DNA of 64,000 nt from Octopus vulgaris (GCA_951406725.2 OX597814.1:184760001-184824000), one strand, 5' to 3'. Shown: positions 11,373 to 25,073, counted from the stretch's first letter. Notes: generated by a model not told the origin, from the letters alone. A program made the numbers and translations.

Positions 11373-13059
11373 ATTTGTTCACCATGTACAAGTACGTGTG
11401 TATTCATCATTATTCTATTTACTATATTCAATGTTAGAAAAATTGGAGTATGTCTTTGATAATTTCGGAGTCTATTGAACTTATTTTGTGCATGACCTTT
11501 AGTTCACCCTGTATACCATGTTCAGATATATGCATTCTATGTTCTTCGGTTATTTATCATTATACACTTAAGTGTTGCGGCTCTGTTCATGCTAAGAACA
11601 GTATTTGGAATGTCGTAGTATCGTGTATTATTCGAATGCATTAAAATATCATAAAAGAAAAATACTTCAAAACAGAAGCATAACCATGAAATGGACGCGG
11701 GAGACTTGGATTTTCCTTAATGTTTTAAAACAGTCGACACAAAAATTATTGATTTTTTTTCCTTAAATTTTAAGCAAAAGGCAATATAAAAGGAGGTCAA
11801 TATCATCATTAAAGGAGAGCAATATTATCAAAGGAATTGTAAGCTTTCTCCAGGCATTAGCATCGGAAGTGAAATAAATTATCTTCAGCCATGTAGTGAA
11901 ACTAGGTCGCTGGAACTGGCTTTAAGCGTTGACCCTAACCTCCGCAGATTAAAAAATGCAAAAATAGAATGCTATGAATCTCTTGGTTGATGGACCACAA
12001 GTTCAGATTTATATTGCTGTGTATTCTCTAATAATCTTAGTCTCCAGTCAAGCTGGGAAACGGCGGTCATATTGCAAGAGAGAGAGCATTGGTTTCTGCA
12101 GGTCAAAGAAGCGTCGCCATAACAACATGCTCAGCGTGGGGGGGTTAAGAAAGAACATCTTTTGTTTCTTTGCAACAAGACAGATGGAGCCTTCTCTTGC
12201 CCTATCAAATAATCTCTCACAATTTAAGTAAATGATATGGGGGGAAGTTTTCATCTTTCTTTCGTTTTCTTTCTCACTGTATATTTTCTTTCTTTCTCAC
12301 TCTCAGTCTCTCTGTCTTGTATACACATTCCTTCTCTCTCTTTCTTTCTTTCCCTCTTTCTGTCTCTGCGATTAATAAAGATGCATCACTTTGCAGATGA
12401 CCCTTGTCCAGAAGACATGTCATTTCAGCAGTGACCTTTAACATCTATACACCCATTCTCTTTATGCATCTAATTTCACGTCAAACCAGTTTCTTTTTCT
12501 TTTTGCTTTTATTTATTCTTTTGCTTTCTTTCATTGTTATCTTTAATTTTCATTATATCTTCTGTATTTTATTGTTTCTAAAATCTTCTTCACCCTGATT
12601 CCTCCCCCCTCTCTTTCTCTCTCTCTCTTCATTTGTATCTTTCTTTCTAATTCTTTCCGTTCATTTTAATTCCATTTTTTTTTCATTTATTGATTATTTT
12701 TTTAAATCCATAAATATCCTCAGCTGAACCAAAGATTTCTCTCGATTAATTTGCGTTGCTTTTGTTTCTGTGATGCTTGAGAAGTGGGGGGGGGCGGTTG
12801 CGATGATGGTGATGATGGCGATTGTTGTGGTGGATATTGGTTGTATTAATAGTTTTGCTGTTGCTGATGTTTGTGAAGTTGGTGATCACTAATAGCGGTG
12901 ACGGCTGAGTTGGTGTTAATCGTTGCAATGGCGATTGTCCTGATGGTTGTGATTGTAAAGATGATAGATGTGATGCCAATGACTGTGATGATGCTAATTA
13001 TGATGATGGTGGTAGTGGTACTACTACTACTACTACTACTATTTACTACTAATAGCAGC

Positions 13060-13116
<57 letters not shown>

Positions 13117-13132
13117 TGTAGTAGTAGTAACG

Positions 13133-13235
13133 CTGATTGTGTTTTCATTCTGTTTTAATAGTTATATTCATGTTACTAATATTTACGACGGACTTGAAAT
13201 TGTAGTAATGGCGGTGGTGGCGGTGCTGCTGCTGC

Positions 13236-13285
<50 letters not shown>

Positions 13286-13369
13286 AATCTGATTGTGTTT
13301 TGATTCTGTTTTAATAGTTATATTCGTGTTACTAATGTCTAAGACGGACATGAAATTGTAATAATGGTG

Positions 13370-13424
<55 letters not shown>

Positions 13425-13445
13425 CAGCAGCAGCAGCAACAGTAG
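13133..13445. repeat. ~156-bp tandem duplication embedded in (TAG)n
   Basis: ctgattgtgtttt..ttctgttttaatagttatattc...tgaaattgta at 13133 and 13289. Confidence 0.85.
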
Positions 13446-13663
13446 TAGTTGCTATTGTTCAGTATATTATTGTCAATCATGATTGAGGAAAACCATGATC
13501 AAACGCTTTTCAACCGTGACCATCCAATCTCTCGAGGGATATATAACGCTACATTATCTAACGTAGCCTTTTCAGTATTTGGTTGTAATATGAGGAAAGT
13601 CCGAATGCTACAGGCTGTGCTACTGGGTATTACCTAAGTCGTTTTTGAGATAATAATAATTGT

Positions 13664-13960
13664 AAGGCTGTTAGCTGGCAAAAACGTTAGCACGCCGGGT
13701 GAAATGCTTAGCGGTATTTCGTCTGCCGTTGCGTTGTGAGTTCAAATTCCGCCGAGGTCAACTTTGCCTTTCATCCTTTCGGGGTCGATAAATTAAGTAC
13801 CAGTTACGCACTGGGGTCGATATAATCGACTTAATACCTATGTCTGTCCTTGTTTGTCCCCCTCTGTGTTTAACCCCTTGTGGGTAGTAAAGAAATAGGT
13901 ATTTCGTCTGTCTTTACGTTCTGAGTTCAAATTCCGCTGAGGTCGATTTTTTCCATTTCA
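13664..13960 (+). mobile_element. SINE family A (A1 plus partial second unit)
   Basis: Family-A consensus with junction aaagaaataggtatttcgtctg. Confidence 0.9.
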
Positions 13961-14041
13961 TTCAGAACTACTTACCTCCCTTACACATAATCTTTTTATT
14001 CAGGGACTAGTAGACCCAACACAATTTGGTAATCGGTGTGC

Positions 14042-14089
14042 ATTCAAAGCCAGTGAAAAACAATTGACGAAACCGGTATGACTTTGAAT
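14042..14089 (+). ncRNA. Degenerate hammerhead motif with 11-bp stem I
   Basis: attcaaagcca-gtgaaaa(cf. CTGAAGA)-acaattgac-GAAA-ccgg-TA-tgactttgaat. Confidence 0.45.
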
Positions 14090-14305
14090 CCCTTTAACAA
14101 TTCATAATAATGACTTTTATTCCTCATAACTCTACCTCAGTTCAATTAATTGTATATATTTATCGTTACTTTTCATTAAAAAGCCTTTACTTTTTTGATA
14201 TCCAATGTGCATTTTCGCTTTTTACTTTCCTCATATCTTTTCTACGTATAGTTTCTATTTTCTGTTTGAAACATATTTCTATTATATATACATTCAAAAT
14301 GTGAC

Positions 14306-14506
14306 CGCGTGTGTGCCGTTGGCGATTTTCTTTCTCCGTCTTCCCTTCCTTGGATCTCTCCTTTTCCTATGTTTCTGACGAAGAATTCCGCTCGAAACGT
14401 TAAATCCTCCTTTCTTTCCTTTCTTGAGCGTCCAACAGCACTATACTTGCTCCACGTCCTCGCGTTGTTGTGTTTTCTCTTTATGTTTTCATGTTTGGAT
14501 TAACTA
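14306..14506 (+). mobile_element. PLE-like mini element with hammerhead motif (14371-14406)
   Basis: ttt-CTGACGA-agaattccgctc-GAAA-cg-TT-aaa; ends in (TA)n; homologous to 63883-63999. Confidence 0.7.
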
Positions 14507-14519
14507 TATATATATATAT

Positions 14520-14660
14520 ACGACGGGCTTCTTCGTTTCCACTCACCAGGCTTTGGCCGGCCTGAGCCTATAGTAGAAGACACTTGCCCAACACGCAGCG
14601 AGAGTGAACCCGAAACCATGTGGATGGGAACCAAGCTTCTTACCACGCAGTCACGCCTGT
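14520..14660 (-). mobile_element. SINE family B 5' half
   Basis: agaagacacttgccca...cttaccacgcagtcacgcctg. Confidence 0.75.
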
Positions 14661-15213
14661 TATTGCAGTGCGGATTTCTGTTGCTTTTGTTTCTGTAGGT
14701 GGTGGTGGTGGTGGTGGTAGCGGTGGTGATGATTGTGGTACTGATGCAACTATAGTAGCGTTAGTTTCTGTAGATTTTATTTCTCAGTTCCTTCTTTGAT
14801 ATGTTAGTTTCTTCATGCTTAGTTCTTCGTTATTAATTAATTAATTAAATTTTTTTTAGATATTTAATTATTTACTATTTTACTCATTTAAACAACTCGA
14901 CTATAGTTTTCAGTAAACAAATACAATTACAAAAGTAAAACTGTTGCAAACTCAGTTGCCTTCATCGTCGGCAGCTGTCGCAGCGGTGGTAGTGATGGCG
15001 GCAGCACCTCTAATTTGACTGCAACGTTAGAGGCGACACAGCGGCGGCAGTAGCGGCGACACAGCGGCGGCAGCACTGACGCAGCATTGGTAGCGGCGGC
15101 AGCAGTGACATGGTGGTGGTAGCGGCGATATAGCAGCGACAGCGTTGATATGGCGGTGGTAGCGGCTAATTAGCGGCGGCAGCGGCCATGTAACAGTTGC
15201 AACAACAACAGAG

Positions 15214-15698
15214 GTGGAGGCGCAATGGCCCAGTGGTTAGAGCAACGGGCTCGCGGTCGTAAGAACGCGGTTTCGATTCCCAGACCGGGCGTTGTGAGTG
15301 TTTATTGAGGAAAAACACCTAAGCTCCACGAGGCTTCGCGGGGAGGTTTGAACCCCGCTGTACTCTTTCTCCATAGCTTTCTTTCACTCTTTCTTCTTAC
15401 TTCTGCCACAAAGCAGAGGAACCATGGTGTAACCCACTATGCTGTGGTAAACTTTCAGACCCTAGTCTAGATTGCGAAACCACTGTACCTCAGGATGGTT
15501 CAGCTCTCCACCCGTTAAAAGTCACCGTATACGGAATGAGGATAACAACGTAGCTTTCGCGCCCGTGCAACCGCCAGTCTATCGCGTGTGGTGGGTGGAT
15601 CTTCAAGTTGCCACACGCATTCTAAGAAGCTTAGAGTAGGCTCGAATTAGAGATTATTCTTTGTGGCTAATGGCGTGAGTCCTGATTGGAAGAAGAAG
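15214..15698 (+). mobile_element. SINE family D1
   Basis: Colinear with 9352-9857; ends gagtcctgattggaagaagaag. Confidence 0.85.
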
Positions 15699-16089
15699 AC
15701 CACAGGGGGTGCAGCAGCGATATAGCGGCAGCAACGATAACGGCGGCGGTGGCATCGGTGGTGGAGCAGATGACGTTAGTGACGCAGCGGAGGAGGTGGC
15801 AACGCTAACGGCGCTGACGATGCTGACAGCGGAGGCGGCGGTAGATGTGATGTTGGTGGTTGTGGTGATGGTGGTGATGATGGTGGTCTTGGAGTGATGA
15901 TAGGGTGAGACAAATGCTAATGAAACAAATATTTTCAACAACTCTGAAGTCAAGGAAAAAAATAGCAACAATACCAACAACATCGACATCAATAACAACA
16001 AAACAATATAAACATAAGGCGCCAAAACATTGACAATTATTAACACACTCACCCTAATCCACTAGAGAGAAATAAAATGTATTTGTGAC

Positions 16090-16485
16090 ATATTTTTGGT
16101 GAGAGGAGGGTGTATAAATACATATATATGAATATTAGTGTGTATACATACACACACAAATATACATATATATATATATGTATGTATGTAGGTATATGTA
16201 TATATATGCATATTTATATATTATATATATGTATATATATGTATATATATATATATATGTATATATATTATATATATGTATGTGTGTATGTGTATATATA
16301 TATATATGTATGTGTGTATGTATATATATATATATATGTATGTGTATATATATATGTGTTTGCGTGTATATATATATACACACATACATACATATATTTG
16401 CATGCATATATAAATATGTGTGTGTGTCTGTGTGTGTGTGTGTCTGTGTCTGTGTGTGTGTTTGTGTTATTTTAGTGTGTGTATA
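16090..16485. repeat. Compound (TA)/(TG) microsatellite
   Basis: Direct. Confidence 0.95.
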
Positions 16486-16917
16486 AGAATAATTAATAAT
16501 TCCACTGTGGTTATTTTTAATAAATATTTTATACACTTGCATCGGTTAACTGTTTTTGTCTAGAACTAAAAACGACATTAATTCTTCATTTTCAATATTC
16601 ATTTCTCATTAAGTTATCAGCTTATATTCATTTATTCAATTATTTATTGTTTTACTTATTTATTCCATGTTTCATTATGCAGCTATCAATCCCTAGGTAG
16701 TAATGCTGACACAGTTTCAATCCCCAGTCGAAACTGGTGCAGTTAGTTTTCGAATCCTTTTAGTAACGCGAAAATGACAATGTTTTTTTTTTCCTACTTT
16801 GTAGCTCTCCTCCTTTGCATCCAAAATTTCTTTTATATAAACGTAACAAGTATAAGAATTTATCAATGTCAGAATAGTTTATATTGCTCAAAATATTCTG
16901 GTTATTATTGTTCTTAA

Positions 16918-17970
16918 GGTTTCGTCTGCCACTACGTTCTGAGTTCAATTTCCGCCGAGGTCGACTTTGCCTTTCATCATTTTTGGGTCGTTGAATTAAG
17001 TACCAGGGAAACACTGGGGTCGATGTAATCGGCTTAATCCCTCCCCACAAATTCCAGGCCTTGTACCTAGAGTAGAAAGGAAAATTAATTTAACTATAAG
17101 GCGGTGAGCTAGCAGAAACTTTAACACGCCGGGCGAAATGCTTTGTGGTTTTTCGTATGTCTTTATGTTCTGAGTTCAAATTCGGCCGAGGTTGACTTTG
17201 CCTTTCATCCTTTCGGGGTCGATAAATTATGTACCAGTGGAACACTGATTTCGATGTAATCGACTAGTCTCCTCCCGATAAATTTCAGGCCTCGTGCCTT
17301 TAATAGAAAATATTATTGTTGTCAGTGGTTTTTGTTGTGACTGATGCTGTCATATTTAATGAAGTTGTTTTGCCCCAAGCAACGCTGATGGAGCAATCTT
17401 ATGATCATGAGTTTTCCAGCCGTAACCATCCAGTTGTTTTGTATATCAAGCAGTACATTGTCTAATCTATCCTCCGTTTGTTAAAACAAAGATAAGTTAC
17501 GATGTGTGAGATTTAGCTCATTCTGTTTCACGTGCTTTTGTTTTCTTTTTTACTGCAATTGTTTTAAATACTAATAGGCAGTATCGTTAGCACGCTGGGA
17601 AAATGCTTAGCGGCATTTCGTCCGTCTTTACGTACTGAGTTCAAATTCCGTCGTGGTTGACCTTGACTTTCATCCTTTCACTTTCGGAACAGATAAACTG
17701 AGTTCCGGTTGAGTACTGGGGTCGATGTAATTGACTTTCGTTTCTCCATAAGACAGCTGACTTTAAGTCAAAATTTAGAATTCATATCATTCGAGCGTTG
17801 TGGTATATATTCCGGCTTTTTAAGGTTCTGAATTCAAATCTCACCGAGGTTAGCTTGCCTTCCACCCTTTCGGGGTCGATAACATAATGCACTAGTCAAG
17901 TCATGTACTCGATGGTATCGACTTTTCTCCTATTCCACAATCTAGTCTTGTGCCTATTCGAGAAACAGTT
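16918..17970 (+). mobile_element. Cluster of four family-A SINEs (~16918-17080, 17099-17312, 17581-17780, 17810-17968)
   Basis: Each has gttctgagttcaa...ctttcatcctttc..ggtcga with A2/A3-type tails and differing divergence. Confidence 0.8.
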
Positions 17971-18379
17971 ACCAGTATTGTTGTTTGTTGTACCCTGTTT
18001 TTATGCCTTCCCAAATCAGTTCTAATCGAGAATATCAAAAGCAGTTATGAGCAACCTCTTTCGAGAAGTGGAACGCAAGGGAAATGGTTCATTAACTAAA
18101 AACATTCAAGCTAAATTTTCATTTGTGTGCCATTCATGAAGTCCCACGGGTCGCAAATTTTCGACGACTGATCTAAAGTATAAAGTAAACAGACAACACA
18201 TTAGTTTTCATTCTTTATATTCTGATTTGAAATTTTGCTAGGTTAGATCTTTTTCTCAATTTCCTGATATCGAATTCGTTAAATGTATCCCTGATCAAAA
18301 AATGTTTTCTCCCCCAATATCAGAAATTATAATTGGTATCTGTTACGTTCATTAAAACAGAAACAGAGAGTGATTAATA

Positions 18380-18597
18380 TATTGGTTTCAGATTTTGGCA
18401 CAAGGCCAGCAATCTCAGGATAAGGGGCTTAGTCGATTACGTCGATCCTTGTCTTCAACTGGTACTTATTTTATCGAACCCGAAAGGATGAACGGTAAAG
18501 TTAACGTCGGCGGAATTTGAACTCAGAACGTACAAACGGACGAAATGCCATCAAACATTTTGCACGGCGTGCTAACGGTTCGGCCGGCTCGCTGCCC
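18380..18597 (-). mobile_element. SINE family A (tail A3)
   Basis: ttttggcacaaggccagcaat...cgaaaggatgaa...ggctcgctgcc. Confidence 0.85.
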
Positions 18598-18908
18598 TAC
18601 GGAGTGATTATGGTATTAGCCGTTTAACATATTGACTCTTATGTTAATATTTCGAATACATTGCGTATGCATCTAAACAATCTTAATTCTGCATGCATGA
18701 ATTCACACACACACATAAACTACAGCAGGATCAGTTAATTATGATTTTTATTCAATATATTCCTCTCTCAGATTCACACATTTATTTTAGCGGTCCTACA
18801 GTTTTCCAAGCACTGTAAAAGAGCTCGGAAAGTTGGGCCTCTAACCATGGCTTTCGTGACACCCTTTAAGATAGGGACTTTTCAGGAAACCCTCCTATAT
18901 ATATATAT

Positions 18909-19098
18909 AATACAAAATGGGACAAGAACGCAAAACATCCAGGCAGTTAGGTGATACAAAAAATGAGCAACTAAACATCCAGATAGACGATACAAAGAAA
19001 ACAAGGACAGGTCATTCGAAGTTTTCTATCCTCAGTCAAGCACCAGTTTGTACTCGCAATTTCGGCTGATTATTCTTGAGATTGCTCCAATCTGGCCA
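18909..19098 (-). mobile_element. TA-flanked PLE-like mini element
   Basis: Reverse complement of 44880-45045; contains GAAA...GTA...CTGAGGA on the minus strand. Confidence 0.6.
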
Positions 19099-19149
19099 CA
19101 TATGCATACATACACACACGGGTGTGTGTGTGTTTATGCTGTACAGCTG

Positions 19150-19315
19150 AAATCTATAAGTTTTCTTAATTCTCTCTCTATTTTCTCTTGTTGAAGAGCG
19201 TAGGTTCCAAGCGTAAAAGACATTTTCGTTTTCCCGAGCGTCAAACTAATACATTTACTTGTTGTTCATACATCTGTCTTCATCTTTTGTCTTTCTGTAA
19301 ATTTCAACCATCTAT
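19150..19315 (+). mobile_element. PLE-like mini element with decayed hammerhead
   Basis: ttgttgaagagcgtaggttccaagcgtaaaagac is a mutated version of the motif at 63567-63604; the downstream gagcgtcaaactaataca is also shared. Confidence 0.65.
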
Positions 19316-19698
19316 AGATATATATAGAGAGAGTCAAGTTCTAGAGTCAGCACCAGAGAGAAGACAAATAGACAAAATAAACTAGGAAAAAAATTATTGG
19401 ATAATTGCAGATCCCGGATTTCTGATATTGCATAAGAAATGCTTTGCCTCATCACTGGAATATATACAAAATATTATGTAAATACAAATATATATATATA
19501 TACATACACAATATACGGATACTTACATATGCGCACGTATACACACATATATATGCACGTATGCACACCACCAGTTTAAATTGCCTGTCTAAACACCACA
19601 TCCTATATGGTCAAAATACCACCGCAGTGAATATGACGAAGTAAATATATAAATTTATACAAATAATGATCTTAACCTTATTTATATAAATTTATATA

Positions 19699-19771
<73 letters not shown>

Positions 19772-19991
19772 GTATGTATGTATGTAAATATATAAGATAG
19801 ATAGATAGATAGATTTGATTTTTAAAGCTAATTCTACGGATTTGCTATAGAAACTAGAGCCAGTATCAATAGTTACGACGTTTCGTGTTCGAATACGTCT
19901 GTGTAAACAATGCGATCGAAGATGGAATAGGCAATGGCTGTATATGCATATCGATCGAGTCAATGTGCGCGAATACACGCATATACACATG

Positions 19992-20051
<60 letters not shown>

Positions 20052-20182
20052 CCCGGAACCATGTGGTTGGTTAGCAAGCTACTTACCACACAGCCACTCC
20101 TGCGCCTGTATATATATATGCGCATGTATATATATATAATATGTATATATATATAATATATATACATGCGCATATATATATA

Positions 20183-20575
20183 CAGGCGCAGGAGTGGCTG
20201 TGTGGTAAGTAGCTTGCTAACCAACCACATGGTTCCGGGTTCAGTCCCACTGCATGGCACCTTGGGCAAATGTCTTCTGCTATAGCCCCGGGCCAACCAA
20301 AGCCTTGTGAGTGGATTTGGTAGACGGAAACTGAAAGAAGCATGTCGTATATATGTATATATATGTATATATATATGTATGTTTGTGTGTCTGTGTTTGT
20401 TCCCCTAGCATTGCTTGACAACCGATGCTGGTGTGTTTACGTCCCCGTCACTTAGCGGTTCAACAAAAAGAGACCGATAGAATAAGTACAAGGCTTACAA
20501 AAAGAATAAGTCCCAGGGTCGATTTGCTCGACTAAAGGTGGTGCTCCAGCATGGCTGCAGTAAAAGAGTAAAAGA

Positions 20576-20577
<2 letters not shown>
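20183..20577 (+). mobile_element. SINE family B, full length, with inverted copy of its head at 20047-20110
   Basis: Family-B consensus; see the finding on this palindrome. Confidence 0.9.
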
Positions 20578-20639
<62 letters not shown>

Positions 20640-22024
20640 ATATAAATGTATGTGTTTATGTATGTATACAATATATGCACAAAGAGAGGGAGGAAGAAAA
20701 AGTGAGTGAGAGAGGGGGAGAAATAGTGAGAGAGAATATTTGATAGATTTTCTAGAAAAATTGCCGTCTTTGTTTCGGTAAACGACCTCAGCTAATTGAT
20801 TGTTAAGCGAAAAAAAAAAAATTAAATCTTTAATGGGCGCTTGGTTTATTTCAATTTCTGTAGCATTAAGATAATAAAAAGTAATAAAAAAAATAATTAA
20901 AATACTTTCCGTAAGATAAGACCTCAATCTATCATACTTTTCCCAATGGAGAAGTTGAAGGTAGTTCATAAACAGAACGAAACTTAACATCGATTTTTCG
21001 CAGCTTGAAGCAGTGGAATATAACAACAGGTAAATGGGCGGAATAGACGTGAGATAATGGCATTGCGCATAGTTTAGTCACTGTGCAGTTCTCGTAAGTA
21101 TTGATAAATGCCAAAACTCTGGTGGCTTGACGAGAATCTACCGGACTCTCTTGGTTCTTTCTCATTTACTTTTAAACCCAGTTCAAAGATAAGCACTATT
21201 TTCCTTAAAGCGATAGCTTTAAGGAAAATTTAAGCAGAATATTGCAACCCTATTAGTCATGTCATCTTCAGAAATTGGTGTTTTGCCAAGAAATTGGCAT
21301 GCCTAGGAACTGACTCTTAGCCAAAAAGAAATTGAAATACAATTTGATGCCGTTTTTGTTTATCCCCAGGCAAGGATTGATCGACCAGGTTTATGAGGAA
21401 AATCGTTTAAGACACAATCGTTGTTTCTTATCAGGAATAGTAAATGATTATATCACAAAATGCAGACTTGTATTTTTTAAGAATGTACGTTGTGATTTGA
21501 GAGAGGATTGGTTGTTATTTCTACATGGTTTTTTTGGTAAAAAATATTAGTCAGTTCGATGGCGTGTGTGTGTGTGTGTGTCTGTGTGTTTGACATTTGG
21601 TTTATTGCACATGTTTGCGCATTAATCGTACTTTATAATCAACCAATAATTTTCAGGCATAAAAAAAATGTACTGTTGTCAATTCATTCGACAAAAATTT
21701 CTCATGGAGGTGATCTAGCATGACCACGGTCAAATGGCTGAAACAAATAAATGATAAATGATAACAAATACCTATGAAATCGATGTCTCAAGTAAGTATT
21801 CAGAGCGCAACAGAAAAAGTCCCCATATTTTACATGGCCATTAGTGTGAAATTAGATACAATAGGCAAGTATTAATGGTGTCTAAATGTAACTATTTCAG
21901 GAAAGGTTTATCAACCTGTAAAATGAGGGAGCATTTGTGCTTTTGTCTTTCTTGCATCCTGTATATCTTGAGCACCACAAAATAGTGCTACTTAAGAGGA
22001 AGCAAAACAGCAGGAAGATTACAT

Positions 22025-22238
22025 ATTGATTTCAAATTTTGGCACAAGGCCTTCAATTTCGGAAGTGGGGGTAAATCAATTTCATTGACTCCAGTGCTCA
22101 ACTGGTGCTTATTTTATCGAATTTGAAAGGATGAAAGGTAAAGTCGACCGCGATGGAATTTGAACTAAGAACATAAAGGCAGACGAAATGTCGCTAAGCT
22201 TTTTACCCGGTGTGCTAACGATTCTGCCTGCTCGCCGC
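22025..22238 (-). mobile_element. SINE family A (A3)
   Basis: Family-A core in reverse complement. Confidence 0.85.
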
Positions 22239-22414
22239 GTTAATAGGGAAGTTAAATATTAGACTGCCATACTAATGGTAAAAAAGGTAAAGTCCCCCTT
22301 CAGTCATAAATGACCATGGGATTACACCTAACAATTTTCCCACGGAGCCACAAGCCCAGGCAAAATTGTTTATGGATGACAAGTAGCTAATAGCTGGCTG
22401 GCTGGCTGGCCGGA

Positions 22415-22443
22415 TAGATAGATAGAGAGATAGACAGATAGAT

Positions 22444-22526
<83 letters not shown>
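22415..22526. repeat. (GATA)n microsatellite
   Basis: Direct. Confidence 0.95.
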
Positions 22527-24111
22527 GGAAGTTTCAGTCTTTTGAGAAGTATGGAACCAATTCTTAGCCATTAAACCGTAGTAGCAAACGTCAGGGTCCC
22601 AGCTAAGAGCTAATTAGCATGTTATGTGAGAAACTCCAAGCACAAACTGCCTTGACAGTGCCGTATGAAAGAAATAAGCTAAGAGAGTTAACGGAGGTAG
22701 AAAATCAAAGACTGGTATCTCTCAAGCGGTCCGGTGTCGACTCTATCAACTTTTGGCAGCTTTGAAGTTCATAGAGCTAGGAACAGGCCACGCTAATGTA
22801 AAGCGTGGCGAATGTAAAGTTTACTTTACTTGCTGATCACAGCTACTCTCTTAGCTAGTCGAGCCACTGTTGTCAGACCTCCAAGTCTAGAGGTTTGGAT
22901 CAGATTGCGTGGACGGACTCTCTCTTTAAAACTACTAAACGCAGGCAAAAATAAAAGCCCTGCTGCGTCAAGGTTCGGTTTACGTAACCAATTGTGGGAG
23001 ACCGCTATACTTCACGATTTTCAGATACGAAGAAACTGCTATCATAGCTACATGTAGTCGCGTGCTATTATTACTATATTCCGGATATGCTAATACGATC
23101 AAATAACTAGAAATACTAAACAATGCAGACGATGTAAAATTACCACATCGGTGGTAGAATTTGTTGATATTCTGCTGCTAACAGTTGAGTGAAATTACGT
23201 AATTGAATGAATAAGAAACAAAGTGACCGTCTGTCCGTAAATAATTGTTTGATTGATTAAGAGATACTAATGTCTCCTGGGTAATTAGCATTGGTCAAGA
23301 ATAACTAATATCAAGGAAAATTAGGATTGGTGTAGAATCATTAAAATTCCCAGAATAATTGTAATTGATTGAGAAGGACCAACATCCAAATCGGAATTAA
23401 GAGAAACACTAAAATAAAGATGGCAGTTAATGCAAATATAAACAAATGAAGACAAGCTCGCAGTCAGTAGTAATGTTTGTATCTTTGATATATTTCCATT
23501 ATCGTCTTTTAATAAATAAATGCATGTATATTAATTTCATATACATATTCGTAATCGCGCTCAGTCATTCGTATGCATATATATGTACATATAGACTATA
23601 TATATATATATAATTATATATAGAGAGACACATATACATATACATATATAAACAGACAATTGTGTGTATGTGTTTGTGCGTGTGTGTGTGTGAGATCCTT
23701 ACGGAATTAAAGATGGCGCCTCCATTGCCGTATTTAAAACTTCGCAAAATCCCACCGCAGAACAGAAAAACAGAAGAGAAGCAGAAAATATCGCCTGCAA
23801 GGCTGGTACGATATTTGTCGTCAACGGATGGAGGAAATGTAAAGCTGACCCAACCGAGATTTGAACATACAACGCACGTAGCGGATACGAATGATGCACT
23901 GTAATCGATTTGATGCTCTAATGGCTCTGACAATTTGTCGATATGCAAATATATCTGTCATTGTGTGTGCGTATGTCAGTGTGTGTGTGTGTGTGTGTGT
24001 GTTTGTGCAACTACGGTAAGTGTTTTTCACTCGAATAAGTAAAGTTATTTCAAACTTTTCATATCGAAGAGACCAGAGTTCGAGTTTAATCTTATACATA
24101 CACAACATGTT

Positions 24112-24402
24112 TGTTGCTTCTCGAGCCACACCTGACTCATAAAGGCCGGTTTCCTTGGTGTATAGGTTCCCCACCTGGACGGGACGCCGGTCCATCGCAG
24201 GTGAGCTGCAAGGTGCAAGAGGAAAGAGTGAGAGAAAGTTGTGGCGAAAGAGTCAGCAGAAGTTCGCCATTACCTTCTGCCAGAGCTTCGTGGAGCTTAG
24301 GTGCTTCGCTCATAAACACACACATCGTCCGGCCTGAGATTCGAACCCGCTATCCCTCGACCACGAGTCCGCTTCTCTAACCACTAGGCCATGTGTCTCC
24401 AC
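24112..24402 (-). mobile_element. SINE family D2 (D head plus V-domain-like tail), full length
   Basis: Minus strand: tggcctagtggttag...gggttcgaatctc...cctgcgatggaccggcgtcccgtccagg; a second partial copy lies at 24432-24657. Confidence 0.85.
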
Positions 24403-24431
24403 AAGTGCCTAAAATTATTGTTTTGTTTACT

Positions 24432-24657
24432 CCTTCTCGAGACACGCCTGGCTCATAAGGGCCGGTTTCCCGGTTTGCTTGGCGTATAGGTTCCCCACCT
24501 GGACGGGTCGCCGGTCCGTCGCAGGTGAGCCTCAAGATGCAGGAGAAAAGAGTGAAAGAAAGTTGTGGCGAAAGAGTCAGCAGAAGTTCGCCATTACCTT
24601 CTGCCAGGTGTTTCGCTCATAAACACACACATCGCCCGGTCTGAGATCCGAACCCGA
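24432..24657 (-). mobile_element. SINE family D2, partial
   Basis: Colinear with 24112-24350, with an internal deletion. Confidence 0.85.
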
Positions 24658-24897
24658 CATACACATCATAATGAAAAGTAAAGCTTTTTTCCAGCGTTAC
24701 CCATAAGGCCAGTTTCTGTGGCGTATATATTCCTTACTGGATGAAATGCCAGACCATCTCAGAATTACCCATTTTTACCAGTTGAATAGACTGGAACAAC
24801 TTGACATTAAGTGTCTTGCTCAAGAGTATAATGTGTTGCCCTATCAAGAATTTGAAACTAGAATCTTACAATCATGTGTCCAACACCCTTACTTACG

Positions 24898-25021
24898 CTT
24901 CTTCTTCCTTTTCTTCTTCTTCTTCTTCTTCTTCTTCTTCTTCTTCTTCTTCTTCTTCTTCTTCTTCTTCTTCTTCTTCTTCTTCTTCTTCTTCTTCTTC
25001 TTCTTCTTCTTCTTCTTCTTC

Positions 25022-25053
<32 letters not shown>

Positions 25054-25073
25054 CTCTTCTTCTCTCTTTCACT

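Noticed and set aside
14450-14480. ctccacgtcctcgcgtt resembling HDV ribozyme P3/L3
   Set aside because: No P1 starting with G, no P1.1 GG and no J4/2 segment could be built.
20930-21330. Possible decayed coding sequence and palindrome ttccttaaagcgatagctttaaggaa
   Set aside because: No recognisable protein motif, and a short AT-rich palindrome may be chance.
23662-23904. ORF with aagATGGCG start (MAPPLPYLKL...)
   Set aside because: Short, its 3' part overlaps a degenerate family-A SINE, and it has no domain or splice support.
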